A stretch of 35,826 nt of DNA from Gemmatimonadota bacterium. GTDB lineage: Bacteria; Gemmatimonadota; Gemmatimonadetes; Palauibacterales; Palauibacteraceae. The translations under genes and the position numbers were made by a program. The notes beneath the pieces are model-generated. The model was not told the DNA's origin. It saw nothing but the letters and a program-made list of their open reading frames with translations, and did no database searches. Each line of letters opens with the position of its first letter. Position 1 is the first letter of the stretch. The DNA lies in contig JBHIAV010000032.1 of assembly GCA_046758745.1 (NCBI GenBank), forward strand, positions 1-35,826. Reading direction: 5' to 3'. Positions 26,567 to 35,786 of this stretch are shown piece by piece.

Positions 26567-26603
26567 GACTGCTTTTGACTCTGTCGAGCCCTTTCGCTCG
26601 GAG

Positions 26604-27077
26604 TCAGTTGCTGGCGAAGCTCCAGGGGCCGTTGTCGGCCGGAGCCTCGTTCACCTCGAAGTCCATGGACCCCCACCAGGAGGGCTGGCCGGATTTCGGG
26701 CCGGCGACCTTGGCCAGGTTCGCGAAAGTGGCCTCGTACTCCGCCAGGCCGCTGATCGCGTCGACCTCACAGACCATCTTCCCGTCGGCCAGCGATGCCT
26801 CGGCCGTACCCACGTCCGGCGAGCTGTATTCGGCAGCGCCGTACATGGCCCAGGCGGACGTGCAATCGGTGACGTCCACGCCGTTCCGCTGCAGGTAGAA
26901 CATCACCTTCCACTGGCTGACCGTCTTCTGAAGGTCGGTGACGCCGTCCTCCGACACCGTGCCGGAAGCCGAGGCACCGAGGAGATGCACGGTCCACACG
27001 TCACCCACCGTCACCACGACCTCCGCCGGGTCCGTGTGGTGCGTGGTAGTCTCCTGTCCCGTGCCGACCCGGGCCAT
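26604..27077 (-). CDS. Hypothetical beta-rich protein, possibly the 3' remnant of a larger secreted protein
   Basis: Good high-GC codon usage with a T/S/V/G-rich extracellular-type composition. Protein-like sequence continues upstream of the ATG to about 27113 (DHNRTYTFRVSG). No signal peptide or clear SD. Confidence 0.6.
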   Translation of the reverse strand: MARVGTGQETTTHHTDPAEVVVTVGDVWTVHLLGASASGTVSEDGVTDLQKTVSQWKVMFYLQRNGVDVTDCTSAWAMYGAAEYSSPDVGTAEASLADGKMVCEVDAISGLAEYEATFANLAKVAGPKSGQPSWWGSMDFEVNEAPADNGPWSFASN

Positions 27078-27827
27078 CCCGCTGACCCGGAACGTGTAGG
27101 TGCGGTTGTGATCTATTCCTGCGCGGGTCCGACGCGATCGCGCCGCTGGAGCCCAGCGGCTCTTCGCATTCGGGAAGGTCCCGCCCGTACCTTCCGGGAG
27201 CCCGCGGTCTGCACGGCGCGGAGTCAACGTCCGTGCCCCGCCGAGCGGGCGGGCAGGGTCCGGGTCGGCCCGCGGCATCGACCGCGCCATCCCGCCGGGC
27301 GGATGCTTTTCGGCAATTACTTTCCGCGCATGCGGTTGCGCGCTTCCGAAGATCGGGATTGGGGCGGCGCGGATGGCCAGGCTGGCGGACCGCGGTGCTG
27401 AGAGTCCTCCCGCCCCGAGGCGCGGGAGTGTTGGGCCACGCCCACAACCGCGCGCGGGCCGTTGTGGGGGTTCCGCTACTGACCCTCGGTCCGGAGGCGG
27501 CTGGGGAGGTGGTGGAGCCGGGAAATCGCTTGTGCGCAAAGGAGCTCGGCCGGATTCCCGGCGAGCGCGGCGGTATGTGGCGGGCGGGCCGCAGCTGACG
27601 GCGGCCGCCGAACCTCCCGGGAGGACCGCGCCCCGTTCAACGCTTGCGATCTCCCTCCCCCGACAACGAGAATCGCACGCACGGTGGAGTGGAACGGGAA
27701 GGCCCGAAGCGCTCCCCCGCGTGGGCCCGACATGTGGTCGACCGGCAGACCCGGACCCGGACCCGTGCAGGGGGCCGGCCGCTCCGCGGTCGCCCGCGGG
27801 GAGCCGACTCTTTTCGGAGGAGTCCAC

Positions 27828-28865
27828 ATGAAGGTGGCGGTGGTCTTCGACACGCCCAACCCGGGCTGGGAGGACGAGGACTTCAAGAAGGAGGTGGAGG
27901 CGCAGATCCCGGAAGAGGAATACGAGGTCGGGGAGGCCCTGATCGAGAACGGCCACGAGGTACTCCTGGTCGGGGTGTACGACGACCTCCACCACATGGT
28001 GGTGCGCCTACGAGAGTTCGTCCCCGACCTCGTCTTCAACTGCGCCGAGACCTTCCTCGGGAACGACGACCTCGACTACGTCTTTCCGGCCCTCCTGGAG
28101 GCCGAGGGGTACCGGTATACGGGCGCGTCTCCGCTTCCCATGCTGCTCACGAGGGACAAGGCGCTGTCGAAGGAGGTGCTCGCCCAGCACGGGGTGCGCG
28201 TGCCCGATTTCGTCACCTACCGGCCCGGTGAGGAAGTCCTAGACGCGCCGCCAATCGAGTTCCCGCTCATCGTGAAGCCGGCCAGACAGGATTCCTCCGA
28301 GGGGATCGCCGCCACCTCGGTCGTCCGCGACCTCGAGGCGCTCGCGGGGCGGGTGGAGTTCATCCACGGTCGCTTCGGGCAGGCCGCGATCGCCGAGCAG
28401 TTCCTCGAGGGGCGTGAGCTGTACGTCGGCATCCTGGGAAACGAAGACGATCTCGAGATTCTGCCGCACACCGAGCTCGTGTTCGACAAGGAGCTCAACA
28501 AGCCGGAGGAGAGGATCGCCACCAAATACGCCAAGTGGAACCTCGCCTACCGGGAGCGGCGCAAGATCAAGAGCCAGTTCGCCCGCCCCCTCTCCAAAGT
28601 GGCCAAGGAGAGGCTGGATGAGACCGCCCGCATCTCGTTCCGGGCTCTCCACCTGCGGGACTACGCACGCCTGGACGTGCGACTCGCGCCCGACGACGAG
28701 GTGTGGGTCATGGAGGCCAACTGCAATCCGTACATCAGCTTCGGTCACGAGATGGCCAACGCGGCCGAGAAGTACGGGATGGACTACTACGAGTTCGTGG
28801 AGCGGCTCGTCCGGGTCGCCCTGGCGCGGTACGAGCCGCGCCCTGCGAAGGCGTCCGGGCAGTGA
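27828..28865 (+). CDS. D-Ala-D-Ala-ligase-like ATP-grasp amide ligase (non-canonical)
   Basis: PDLVFNCAE, YTGAS...RDKALSK, FPLIVKP..DSSEGI, EQFLEGREL, DYARLDVR, MEANCNP. GGAGGAG SD upstream. Confidence 0.92.
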   Translation: MKVAVVFDTPNPGWEDEDFKKEVEAQIPEEEYEVGEALIENGHEVLLVGVYDDLHHMVVRLREFVPDLVFNCAETFLGNDDLDYVFPALLEAEGYRYTGASPLPMLLTRDKALSKEVLAQHGVRVPDFVTYRPGEEVLDAPPIEFPLIVKPARQDSSEGIAATSVVRDLEALAGRVEFIHGRFGQAAIAEQFLEGRELYVGILGNEDDLEILPHTELVFDKELNKPEERIATKYAKWNLAYRERRKIKSQFARPLSKVAKERLDETARISFRALHLRDYARLDVRLAPDDEVWVMEANCNPYISFGHEMANAAEKYGMDYYEFVERLVRVALARYEPRPAKASGQ

Positions 28866-28922
28866 GCGATTCGGCTCGAGCGTCGGGAGGCTCGGAGTGA
28901 TGAGGTCTACAGGCGCCGGAGC

Positions 28923-30059
28923 ATGAAGACGAAGCGAAAGGTACCCCGATCGGGATCGCGGTCTCGGCGGACCTCCTCGCGCGCGGGGAATCGGGGCCCG
29001 CCGAAGCGCGCTTCACGCTCGGTCCGTAGTGGCTCACGGAAGGGCCCTTCACGCTCGGTCCGCCGTGGCTCGCGACGGCCACTGAACCCGCGCCTCATCT
29101 GCACCTGCGGACGGCGGCTCCGGCGCTTCTGGTCCTACTGTCCGGACTGCCGCCGCGCCCTGAGGTGGCGGGATGTGGGCGAGGTCACCGGCGCCGAGTG
29201 CGACGCCTGCCGGTGGGTCGTCTCAGGCCGGTTCAGCTACTGCCCGTGGTGCGGCTCTGACATCTACGACGAGGACGTGTCCAGCGAGGTCCCCCTCCGG
29301 GCTCCACGCGGCTTCCGGCTGGACGCTCCGTGCACGCGGCGCTGCGGCGGACGCGTGCAGTTCCCCATGGAGTACTGTCCGTGGTGCGGAGGCGAGCAGG
29401 AGTGGAAGTACCACGATCGCTTCGAGGGGAACTGTCCCCACTGCGGGGCCGGCGTGGACGACGCGATGGACTGGTGTCCGTGGTGTGGCGAGGATGCCAC
29501 CGGGCAGGACCTCATCCAGCGCGCCCTCACCCGCGTGCGCCGGCTGCTTCTGGTGTCCGGCATCCGGCGGTGGCCGTACCGGGTGCTTCTGCGGCCCGGG
29601 ATCTCGGGCGTCGATCCGGATTATCCGAACACGATCGAGATCGAGCAGCGGTATGTGGTCAGCGCGCGCAAGCGCGACGAGATCCCGTGGAAGTTGCTCG
29701 TCGGCCTCATCGTCCACGAGCTCGGCCACAGCTTCCTCTTCAACAACTGGCGGTGGACGCGCAACCGTGACTTCGTCCGCCTCTTCGGTCGGGTCGACAA
29801 GGCGTATCGCGGAGTGGACAACTCCTGGGTGTCGTTCCAGCGCAGGCGGGTCGCCACGTACACTCCCGATTACGTGAGCGGCTATGCCGCGACCCACCCG
29901 CTGGAGGACTTCGCCGAGACGTTTCGCTTGTATGTGACGCGGAGGGCGCGGATGCGGGAGCTCCTCGCCGAGCTCGGGAGGAAGCGCAAGGGCGTCGTGG
30001 TGTACGAGAAGTTCCTCCACCTGCATCACTTCGTGCGCTCGCTGCGTGCGAGGGGGTGA
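28923..30059 (+). CDS. Zinc-ribbon-repeat protein with a C-terminal putative zinc metallopeptidase domain (Peptidase_Mx-like)
   Basis: Basic R/S/K N-tail (36-bp duplication at 29011/29047), four Cys4 ribbons, VHELGHS (HEXXH) and YAATHPLEDFAETF. Confidence 0.87.
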   Translation: MKTKRKVPRSGSRSRRTSSRAGNRGPPKRASRSVRSGSRKGPSRSVRRGSRRPLNPRLICTCGRRLRRFWSYCPDCRRALRWRDVGEVTGAECDACRWVVSGRFSYCPWCGSDIYDEDVSSEVPLRAPRGFRLDAPCTRRCGGRVQFPMEYCPWCGGEQEWKYHDRFEGNCPHCGAGVDDAMDWCPWCGEDATGQDLIQRALTRVRRLLLVSGIRRWPYRVLLRPGISGVDPDYPNTIEIEQRYVVSARKRDEIPWKLLVGLIVHELGHSFLFNNWRWTRNRDFVRLFGRVDKAYRGVDNSWVSFQRRRVATYTPDYVSGYAATHPLEDFAETFRLYVTRRARMRELLAELGRKRKGVVVYEKFLHLHHFVRSLRARG

Positions 30060-30096
30060 GCCTCCGAGCGGCCGTCGCGCGGGGTACTCTGGACCG

Positions 30097-30220
30097 GTGC
30101 CGCGAATGGTTGGCCGAGCTCCCGTGCCGCGAATGGCCGGCCGAGCTCCCGTGCCGCTGATCCCACGGGACATCCCCGCCGGTCGCTCCTATCCCGCGGG
30201 ACATTCCCCCGGTTGCTCCT
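30097..30220. repeat. Two adjacent short tandem duplications
   Basis: 27-bp gtgccgcgaatgg(tt/cc)ggccgagctccc twice plus a partial copy (30097-30157); ~30-bp atccc(a/g)cgggacat...gg(tc/tt)gctcct twice (30160-30220). Confidence 0.88.
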
Positions 30221-30398
30221 ACCGGGAAGGGAGCGCTCCAATCCATGCTGGCCGGAGTTGTAGAGATCGGTCCTCGACCGGTATGTTGTTGATAGAGGGT
30301 CCGAGCCGCCGGAAGTCCCCATCCGACCGACATCCCGCAAGTGCTAGCACCGGGCGCCCCGATCGCCCGGAAACTCAAGCAGTTGGTGGGCCGGCGCG

Positions 30399-32735
30399 AT
30401 GGAAGCTCGGGCGTCACACCCGCGTCACCCCTCGGGCGGGAAGGCTCGGGAGAGACCGGTATTCTGGTGCCGGGCGCTCGGCGACCTGCTCCTCTACGCA
30501 TCCCCGGTAGAGAATCGGCCCCTCATGGGGCCGGGGAAGCCGGTCGCCCTCCTCGTCTACCTCGGGCTCACGCCGAAGGGCCACGCGGCACGTGACCACG
30601 TCGCCGAGCTCTTCTGGCCGGGCACCGACCTCTCCGACGCCCGGCACTCCCTCCGCCAGTCCCTCTACCGGCTCCGGCAAGCCGCCGGTGGGGAGCGGCT
30701 GGTCCGGGCGATCGGAACTGAGCTCGAGCTCTCCCCGTGCGTCCGCTTCGACTTTCAGGAGGGCGAGCGCGCCGTCGAGGCCGGCGAACTCCCGCGGGCC
30801 CTCGAGCTCCTCCGAGGAAGCTTTCTCGAGGGCTTCGACATAGCGGAATCCCGCGAGTTCCAGAGCTGGGCGGAGGCCCAGCGGGCCCGCTTCCGCGACC
30901 TGTGGGCGAGGGGGGCGGAGCGGCTGGCCGGCCAGGCCCTGAAGGCCGGCGATCCGGAAAGGGCGCTCGACACCGCCGAGGAGCTCGCGGCGAGGAAACC
31001 CTTCGACGACGAGCCGATGCGGCTCGTGATGTCGGCGCTCGTCGACTCCGGGCGTCATGCCACGGCCGTCGCGCGGTATCACGCGTACGTCGACCTCCTC
31101 CGGGAGGAGCTGGAGGCGGAGCCGGGGCAGGAGCTCGCCTCGTTCGCGGGCGAGCTCGAAGCATACCTCAGGGCCCGCCCGGCGGCCGGCGCGATGCTGC
31201 CCTTCGTGGGACGTGCGGAGCAGTGGTCGGTCCTGGAGGAGCTGTGGCGGGAGCGGCCGGATCCCGACTGCTTCACGGTCCTCATCGAGGGTGCCGCGGG
31301 GCTCGGCAAGTCGCGGCTCATCACGGAGCTGATCGGGCGCGTGCGCGCGGCCCGCGGTCTGGCGCTGGCAGCGAAGTGCTACGAGATCGAGCGCTCGGTC
31401 CCGTATTCGGCGATCGCGGAGGCGCTCGCGGGTGCCCTGGAGCGCCCGGAGCTCGCGCGGCTCGACTCCTCCTGGCTCGCCGAGGCGGGCCGCCTCCTCC
31501 CCGAGCTCCGCGAGCGCTTCCCGCAGCTTTCGGATCCCGGCGAGACTCCGGGCTCCCAGGCGTCCAAGCGCCGCCTGCACCAGGCCCTTTGCCGGTGCTT
31601 CGAGGTCTATGCCGCCGACGGCGGGCTCCTGGTGGCGATCGACGACATCCACTGGGCCGACATGGCGAGCCTCGAGGTCCTGCACCTGCTGAGCCACCGG
31701 CTGCGCGACCTGAGGGTGCTGATCGTCGCCTCCTACCGGCCGGCCGAGCTGAGCCCCGAGGCCCGGCGCTTCGCTCGCTCCCTCCTCTCCGGGAAGCTGG
31801 CCCATCTTGTGGTGCTCGATCCCCTCTCGCCCGAGCACGTCCAAGAGATGCTGACCGGGTTGGGGGAGTTCGAGGATGCGGGCGGCGCCGAGCTCGTGGC
31901 CGGCCACCTGCACCGGCACAGCGGCGGCAACCCGCTCTTCATCTCCGAGCTGCTCGAGGCGCTCGAGCGAAGCCGCGTCCTGGCCGTCAGGGGCGGGAAG
32001 TGGCGATTGAGCCGCGGGGCCGACATCGGGGAGCTGCCGCGGACCCTGGGGAAGCTCATGGCCGACCGGATCGAGGCGCTCGAGCCCTGGATGCGGGCCT
32101 GCTGCGAGACGCTCGCCGCCGCGGCCGGCGAGATGCCGGTGGAGGTGCTGGCGCGCATCGTGGAGATCTCCGAGCCACGTGCCGAGCTCGCCCTCGGCGT
32201 GCTGGAGGAGGAGCGGCTCGTGCGCCGCGTCGCCGCGTCCAGCTTCGAGCTCGTGCACGATGAGCTGCGGCGCCTCGTGTACCAGGGAGTGCCCGACGAT
32301 CGGCGGAAGATCCTCCACGAAGGGATCGGTTCCGCCCTCGAGTCGCTGGGCGAGGCGAAGCGCCCCGGCGGGCCCGCCCGGCTCGCGTACCACTTCGACC
32401 AGGCCGGGGACCCGGAGCGCACGCACCGCTACGCCCTCCTCGCGGCGGGCGAGGCGGGGGCGCTGGCGGCCCCCGAGGCGGAGCGGGCGCACCTCCACGT
32501 GGCCGAGGCGCACTCCCCGAAGGCCCTCCCGCCGGGGTCGGCGCGTCCCTCCCGAGAGCGGCCGGGCCGGCCGAGTGTTCGGCGGGGCCTCGTCGTCGCC
32601 GGAGGGGTCGGCCTGGCCACAGCCGCGGCGGGCCTCCTGTGGACCCTCCTCCTCCCCTCCCCTCCCCTCCCCTCGGCGCCGGCCCCGGGTCCGATTACCG
32701 CCACGGAACCCTCTACCTGGGAAGACATGGCGTGA
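30399..32735 (+). CDS. SARP-type wHTH/BTAD transcriptional regulator with AAA (STAND-like) ATPase and a C-terminal TM helix; 5' half of a frameshifted gene
   Basis: ALLVYL...RDHVAELFWP...ARHSLRQSLYRLR; BTAD (RGSFLEGF..F.SW...R, PFDDE, L.EELEAEP); PFVGR; Walker A GAAGLGKS; Walker B IDDIHWAD; SGGNPLF; TM helix GLVVAGGVGLATAAAGLLWTLLL. Confidence 0.9.
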   Translation: MEARASHPRHPSGGKARERPVFWCRALGDLLLYASPVENRPLMGPGKPVALLVYLGLTPKGHAARDHVAELFWPGTDLSDARHSLRQSLYRLRQAAGGERLVRAIGTELELSPCVRFDFQEGERAVEAGELPRALELLRGSFLEGFDIAESREFQSWAEAQRARFRDLWARGAERLAGQALKAGDPERALDTAEELAARKPFDDEPMRLVMSALVDSGRHATAVARYHAYVDLLREELEAEPGQELASFAGELEAYLRARPAAGAMLPFVGRAEQWSVLEELWRERPDPDCFTVLIEGAAGLGKSRLITELIGRVRAARGLALAAKCYEIERSVPYSAIAEALAGALERPELARLDSSWLAEAGRLLPELRERFPQLSDPGETPGSQASKRRLHQALCRCFEVYAADGGLLVAIDDIHWADMASLEVLHLLSHRLRDLRVLIVASYRPAELSPEARRFARSLLSGKLAHLVVLDPLSPEHVQEMLTGLGEFEDAGGAELVAGHLHRHSGGNPLFISELLEALERSRVLAVRGGKWRLSRGADIGELPRTLGKLMADRIEALEPWMRACCETLAAAAGEMPVEVLARIVEISEPRAELALGVLEEERLVRRVAASSFELVHDELRRLVYQGVPDDRRKILHEGIGSALESLGEAKRPGGPARLAYHFDQAGDPERTHRYALLAAGEAGALAAPEAERAHLHVAEAHSPKALPPGSARPSRERPGRPSVRRGLVVAGGVGLATAAAGLLWTLLLPSPPLPSAPAPGPITATEPSTWEDMA
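32651..32674 (+). repeat. Pentanucleotide simple-sequence repeat (CCCCT)x4 at the frameshift
   Basis: cct CCCCT CCCCT CCCCT CCCCT c (units at 32654-32673), directly after the TM-coding segment. Confidence 0.93.
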
Positions 32736-34399
32736 TCGGCGTGACGCACCGGCTTCATTGGCCGTCGCGGCTCACCGAGCCGGCGGAGGTAGTGGAGCTC
32801 GCCGAGCAGCCCCACGGTTTCCCGCCGCCCCTCCTGTACCGCGACGTGACCGAGGGCGGAGAGACCCACGTGAAGCAGTTCGTGCTGCGGGGTCGGGACA
32901 CGGTCCAGCTCACCTTCGGGGGGATCGACGACAGCGGAGCCCGATGGTCCCCCGACGGCCGACACATCCTGCTCTCCCGTGGCTGGCGGGCCAGCGAGAC
33001 CCGATTCCAACAGAACCTCTTCCTCCTCGACACGCTGGGGCAGATGGTCCGGCAGGTCACCCACACGCGTTGGCAGGATGGACTCGCGGCCTGGTCTCCC
33101 ACGGGCTCCCGGATCGCGTTCTCCCGGGACTCCGCCGGCACGACGGAGCTCTGGGTCTCGGACGCGGACGGCGAGCGGCCCGCGAACCTCACCGTGCGGC
33201 ATGGCCTGCCGAGGAGACACCTGGGAGCGGCATTCTCCGCCGACGGTCGCTCGCTGGCGGCCATCTACAACGACGTGGGGACCGGCCGCGGCGCGATCTA
33301 CCTGGTGGACCTGCGGGCGGACCTCGCCCGGACCCTCCCGGTATCCCACGCGCGGTTCTCTTTTGGGGATGTCGTCTGGTCGCCGGATGGAAGGTGGCTG
33401 GCCTACGTCGCGGTTGGGGACGACGGCCCGGTCCTGTGGGTGGCGGGGGTCGAGCCCGGTCTCGGCGCCTACTCGCTCGGCGGGCTCCCGCCGAAGCTGT
33501 ACCCTGCGCGCTGGATCGACGGAGCGCCGAGCTACATCGCGGAGCTCGAGATCGCCGCGGAGGCGTTGACGCTTCGAAGCGGCGAGGGTGCGGCCGTCGG
33601 AGCCGTCGCGCGGACGGCCGCGGGGGACACCGTATCTTTGGCGCTCCGCTGGTCCGTGGCGGATCCGCCGATCGCGCGGGTGACCGAGAACGGCTTCCTG
33701 GTGGGGCGTCGGCCCGGGACGACCTCCCTGATCGCCAGCGCCGGCGGCTTCCGCGAGGACACCATTTCCGTGAACGTCGCCTATGCGCCCGCCGACACCC
33801 TCTTCTACGAGGACTGGTCCGGCGGGATCGACACCGCGCGATGGGCCTATTTCGGCCATCCCCGCTCCCTCGTCGTGGCGGAGGCCACCCCGGAGCGACG
33901 CCCCGTCTTCCTCAACAACGGGGACTACAACCATGGAAGCGGAGTGGTGTCGAGGAGGGAGTTCGAGCCGTGGCCGGACGGACTCACCCTGGAGGCGGAG
34001 GCCTGGTTCCACTTCAGGGGGCAGCACTGGCAGATCTGGAGTCTGGCTCTGTTCCCGGACCTCCCGTCACCGGTTCCGGCGGAAAAACGCCTTGGACCCA
34101 TCAGTATCTCCGTAACCGGCCACGAGCCGACGAGATCCCGTCCATCTTGGAGCTGTGCGCCCCGAGGAGCACAAGGAGAGTGGGAACCGCAGGCCGTGAA
34201 CCGAAGGTGGTGGCAGATCGCCCTCCAGGTCCGACCGGACGGCTACGGCGAGTGCTGGATGGACGGGGAGCTGCTGGAGAGCGGCCGGATCCCCTCCCAG
34301 GCGCAGGGAAGGCCGCTGTCGATCCGCCTCCGGGGCCAGAGCGTCGGGACGGAGATCTACCACGGACGCGTGGTGGTGACGCGGGGGCTGAGGTACTAG
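32675..34399 (+). CDS. TolB-like (PD40) beta-propeller, Ig-like (Big_2) and ConA/LamG-like domains; 3' half of the frameshifted regulator
   Basis: RWSPDGRHI, AWSPTGSRIAF, AFSADGRSL, VWSPDGRWLAY; WSVADPPIARVTENG.L....GTT (Big_2); WQIALQVRPDG..ECWMDGEL. No signal peptide of its own. A possible independent GTG lies at 32732. Confidence 0.85.
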   Translation, partial: GAGPGSDYRHGTLYLGRHGVIGVTHRLHWPSRLTEPAEVVELAEQPHGFPPPLLYRDVTEGGETHVKQFVLRGRDTVQLTFGGIDDSGARWSPDGRHILLSRGWRASETRFQQNLFLLDTLGQMVRQVTHTRWQDGLAAWSPTGSRIAFSRDSAGTTELWVSDADGERPANLTVRHGLPRRHLGAAFSADGRSLAAIYNDVGTGRGAIYLVDLRADLARTLPVSHARFSFGDVVWSPDGRWLAYVAVGDDGPVLWVAGVEPGLGAYSLGGLPPKLYPARWIDGAPSYIAELEIAAEALTLRSGEGAAVGAVARTAAGDTVSLALRWSVADPPIARVTENGFLVGRRPGTTSLIASAGGFREDTISVNVAYAPADTLFYEDWSGGIDTARWAYFGHPRSLVVAEATPERRPVFLNNGDYNHGSGVVSRREFEPWPDGLTLEAEAWFHFRGQHWQIWSLALFPDLPSPVPAEKRLGPISISVTGHEPTRSRPSWSCAPRGAQGEWEPQAVNRRWWQIALQVRPDGYGECWMDGELLESGRIPSQAQGRPLSIRLRGQSVGTEIYHGRVVVTRGLRY

Positions 34400-34503
34400 G
34401 TGGAGCTGACGCCCGTTTGACGCACGCTGTGCAAGGTTCGTGGCGCATCCGCAGCGCACCCTGGTGCTCAGTCACCAGCCTACGAACGAGAGTGAGTGAG
34501 GCC

Positions 34504-34965
34504 ATGGACCTTGGAAAGCTGTCTCCCGGCATTTTCGCCCTTGTACTTGTCTGCTTCTTCCTCCCCTTCGTGAGCATCTCCTGCATGGGACAGGAAGTCG
34601 CGCTGTCGGGTGTCCAGCTGGTTACAGGATCCTCGGTCGGCGGCGAGCCAGTCGAGGCGGAGCCGTTGGCGGTCGTCGCCTTCCTCTGTACCCTAGCGGC
34701 CTTGGGGTTGGCGGTTCGTGACCTCCGATCCAGTAGTGGGTCGCCACAAGGTTCCGCCGGGTCCGCTGTATTTGCGGCGCTGGGCGCAGTCTCTCTGCTG
34801 CTCCTCAAGGTTAGGATCGACCGCGAGGCGCTGCTCCTCGATATCAATTACGAAGCTGGCTTCTGGCTGGCGCTGGTTCTTCTCCTCATCGGTGCGGGCG
34901 TGAACGGCTACCTGCTGCTCCAAGGGAGCGGCTCTCCGCGAGCGAGCAGCAGCATTTCATCTTGA
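34504..34965 (+). CDS. Hypothetical integral membrane protein (about 4 TM helices)
   Basis: CFFLPFVSISC...LSGVQLVTG motif, several hydrophobic helices, and GFWLAL near the C-terminus. Confidence 0.8.
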   Translation: MDLGKLSPGIFALVLVCFFLPFVSISCMGQEVALSGVQLVTGSSVGGEPVEAEPLAVVAFLCTLAALGLAVRDLRSSSGSPQGSAGSAVFAALGAVSLLLLKVRIDREALLLDINYEAGFWLALVLLLIGAGVNGYLLLQGSGSPRASSSISS

Positions 34966-35307
34966 CTCTTTAATCAGCGAACGCGACCGACCGCCAGCGG
35001 GCGGGGCGCACCGCCCTGCGCCACCTCTCACAGCTCTAGCCTCCCTCTCCGGCGTAACATCCCCAGACCGGCTCCAGCCCACTGTGACGTCCATAACATC
35101 GGCCGTTCCTACCCAGTCGAAGAGCGCCGGGGTGATCCGCGGAGGGTCGCCTGTGACGCTACTGTGACCGGAATCTGCTACGCCTTCGAGTGGATGCGGC
35201 GAGACCAGTGGGGCGGCAGGCCGCCAGCGAGCAGTCGGCCGCCCCGCCAAGCGGCGTTCACGGAGGCGCAGGGTAGGATGGAAGCGCAGCGTATGTAAGG
35301 AGCGGGA

Positions 35308-35670
35308 ATGTCCAGATCGACCGGCCAGCCACCGCACCGTCTCCTTCGTGCCCTTTTCGATCTCAGCTTTACCGATTTCGTCACCTTGAAGATCGCGCGA
35401 GCACTGTATGCACTCACGATCATGACCGCCGGGCTCGTTGGGCTAGGCTTGGTTCTCGTCGGTCTGCAGCGCTCGCCGCTGGCAGGGCTCGGCGCGGCCG
35501 TTCTCTCCGTTCTTTTCTTTCTTGCGTCCGTGACCTTCGTGCGCATCGCTCTCGAAGTGGCTGTGGTTTTCTTCCGTATCGCGGACAACACGGCGGAGAT
35601 CGCGGAACACGAAGCCGCAGTGGCCATGAACACAGCGAACCTGGGATCCGCGATGGAAGGGACGTCATGA
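35308..35670 (+). CDS. DUF4282-like membrane protein
   Basis: LFDLSFTDFVTLKIARALY...RIALEVAVVFFRIADN signature. AAGGAG SD upstream. Confidence 0.88.
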   Translation: MSRSTGQPPHRLLRALFDLSFTDFVTLKIARALYALTIMTAGLVGLGLVLVGLQRSPLAGLGAAVLSVLFFLASVTFVRIALEVAVVFFRIADNTAEIAEHEAAVAMNTANLGSAMEGTS

Positions 35671-35786
35671 GCCCTTTGGCTAACCCGTCGTGCGACGGTC
35701 CGCCGCGGGCGTCTCGAAGGCTCCTTTAGCGGACTGAAAGAGAGCACGGACCGTGTCCACTCTACAACGATCTAGGAGGCCCCATC

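Noticed and set aside
27828-28865. Calling this gene ddl
   Set aside because: It lacks the D-Ala-binding motifs and cell-wall gene context of true Ddl, so the symbol was withheld.
34441-34455. TGGCGCATCCGCAGC as a sigma-54 promoter
   Set aside because: It has GG-N10-GC spacing but lacks TTGC, and this is likely by chance in GC-rich DNA.
34957-35337. 126-aa minus-strand ORF in the spacer between the membrane-protein genes
   Set aside because: No recognisable motif or SD, and it overlaps both neighbours. It could be decayed coding sequence, but I cannot support that.
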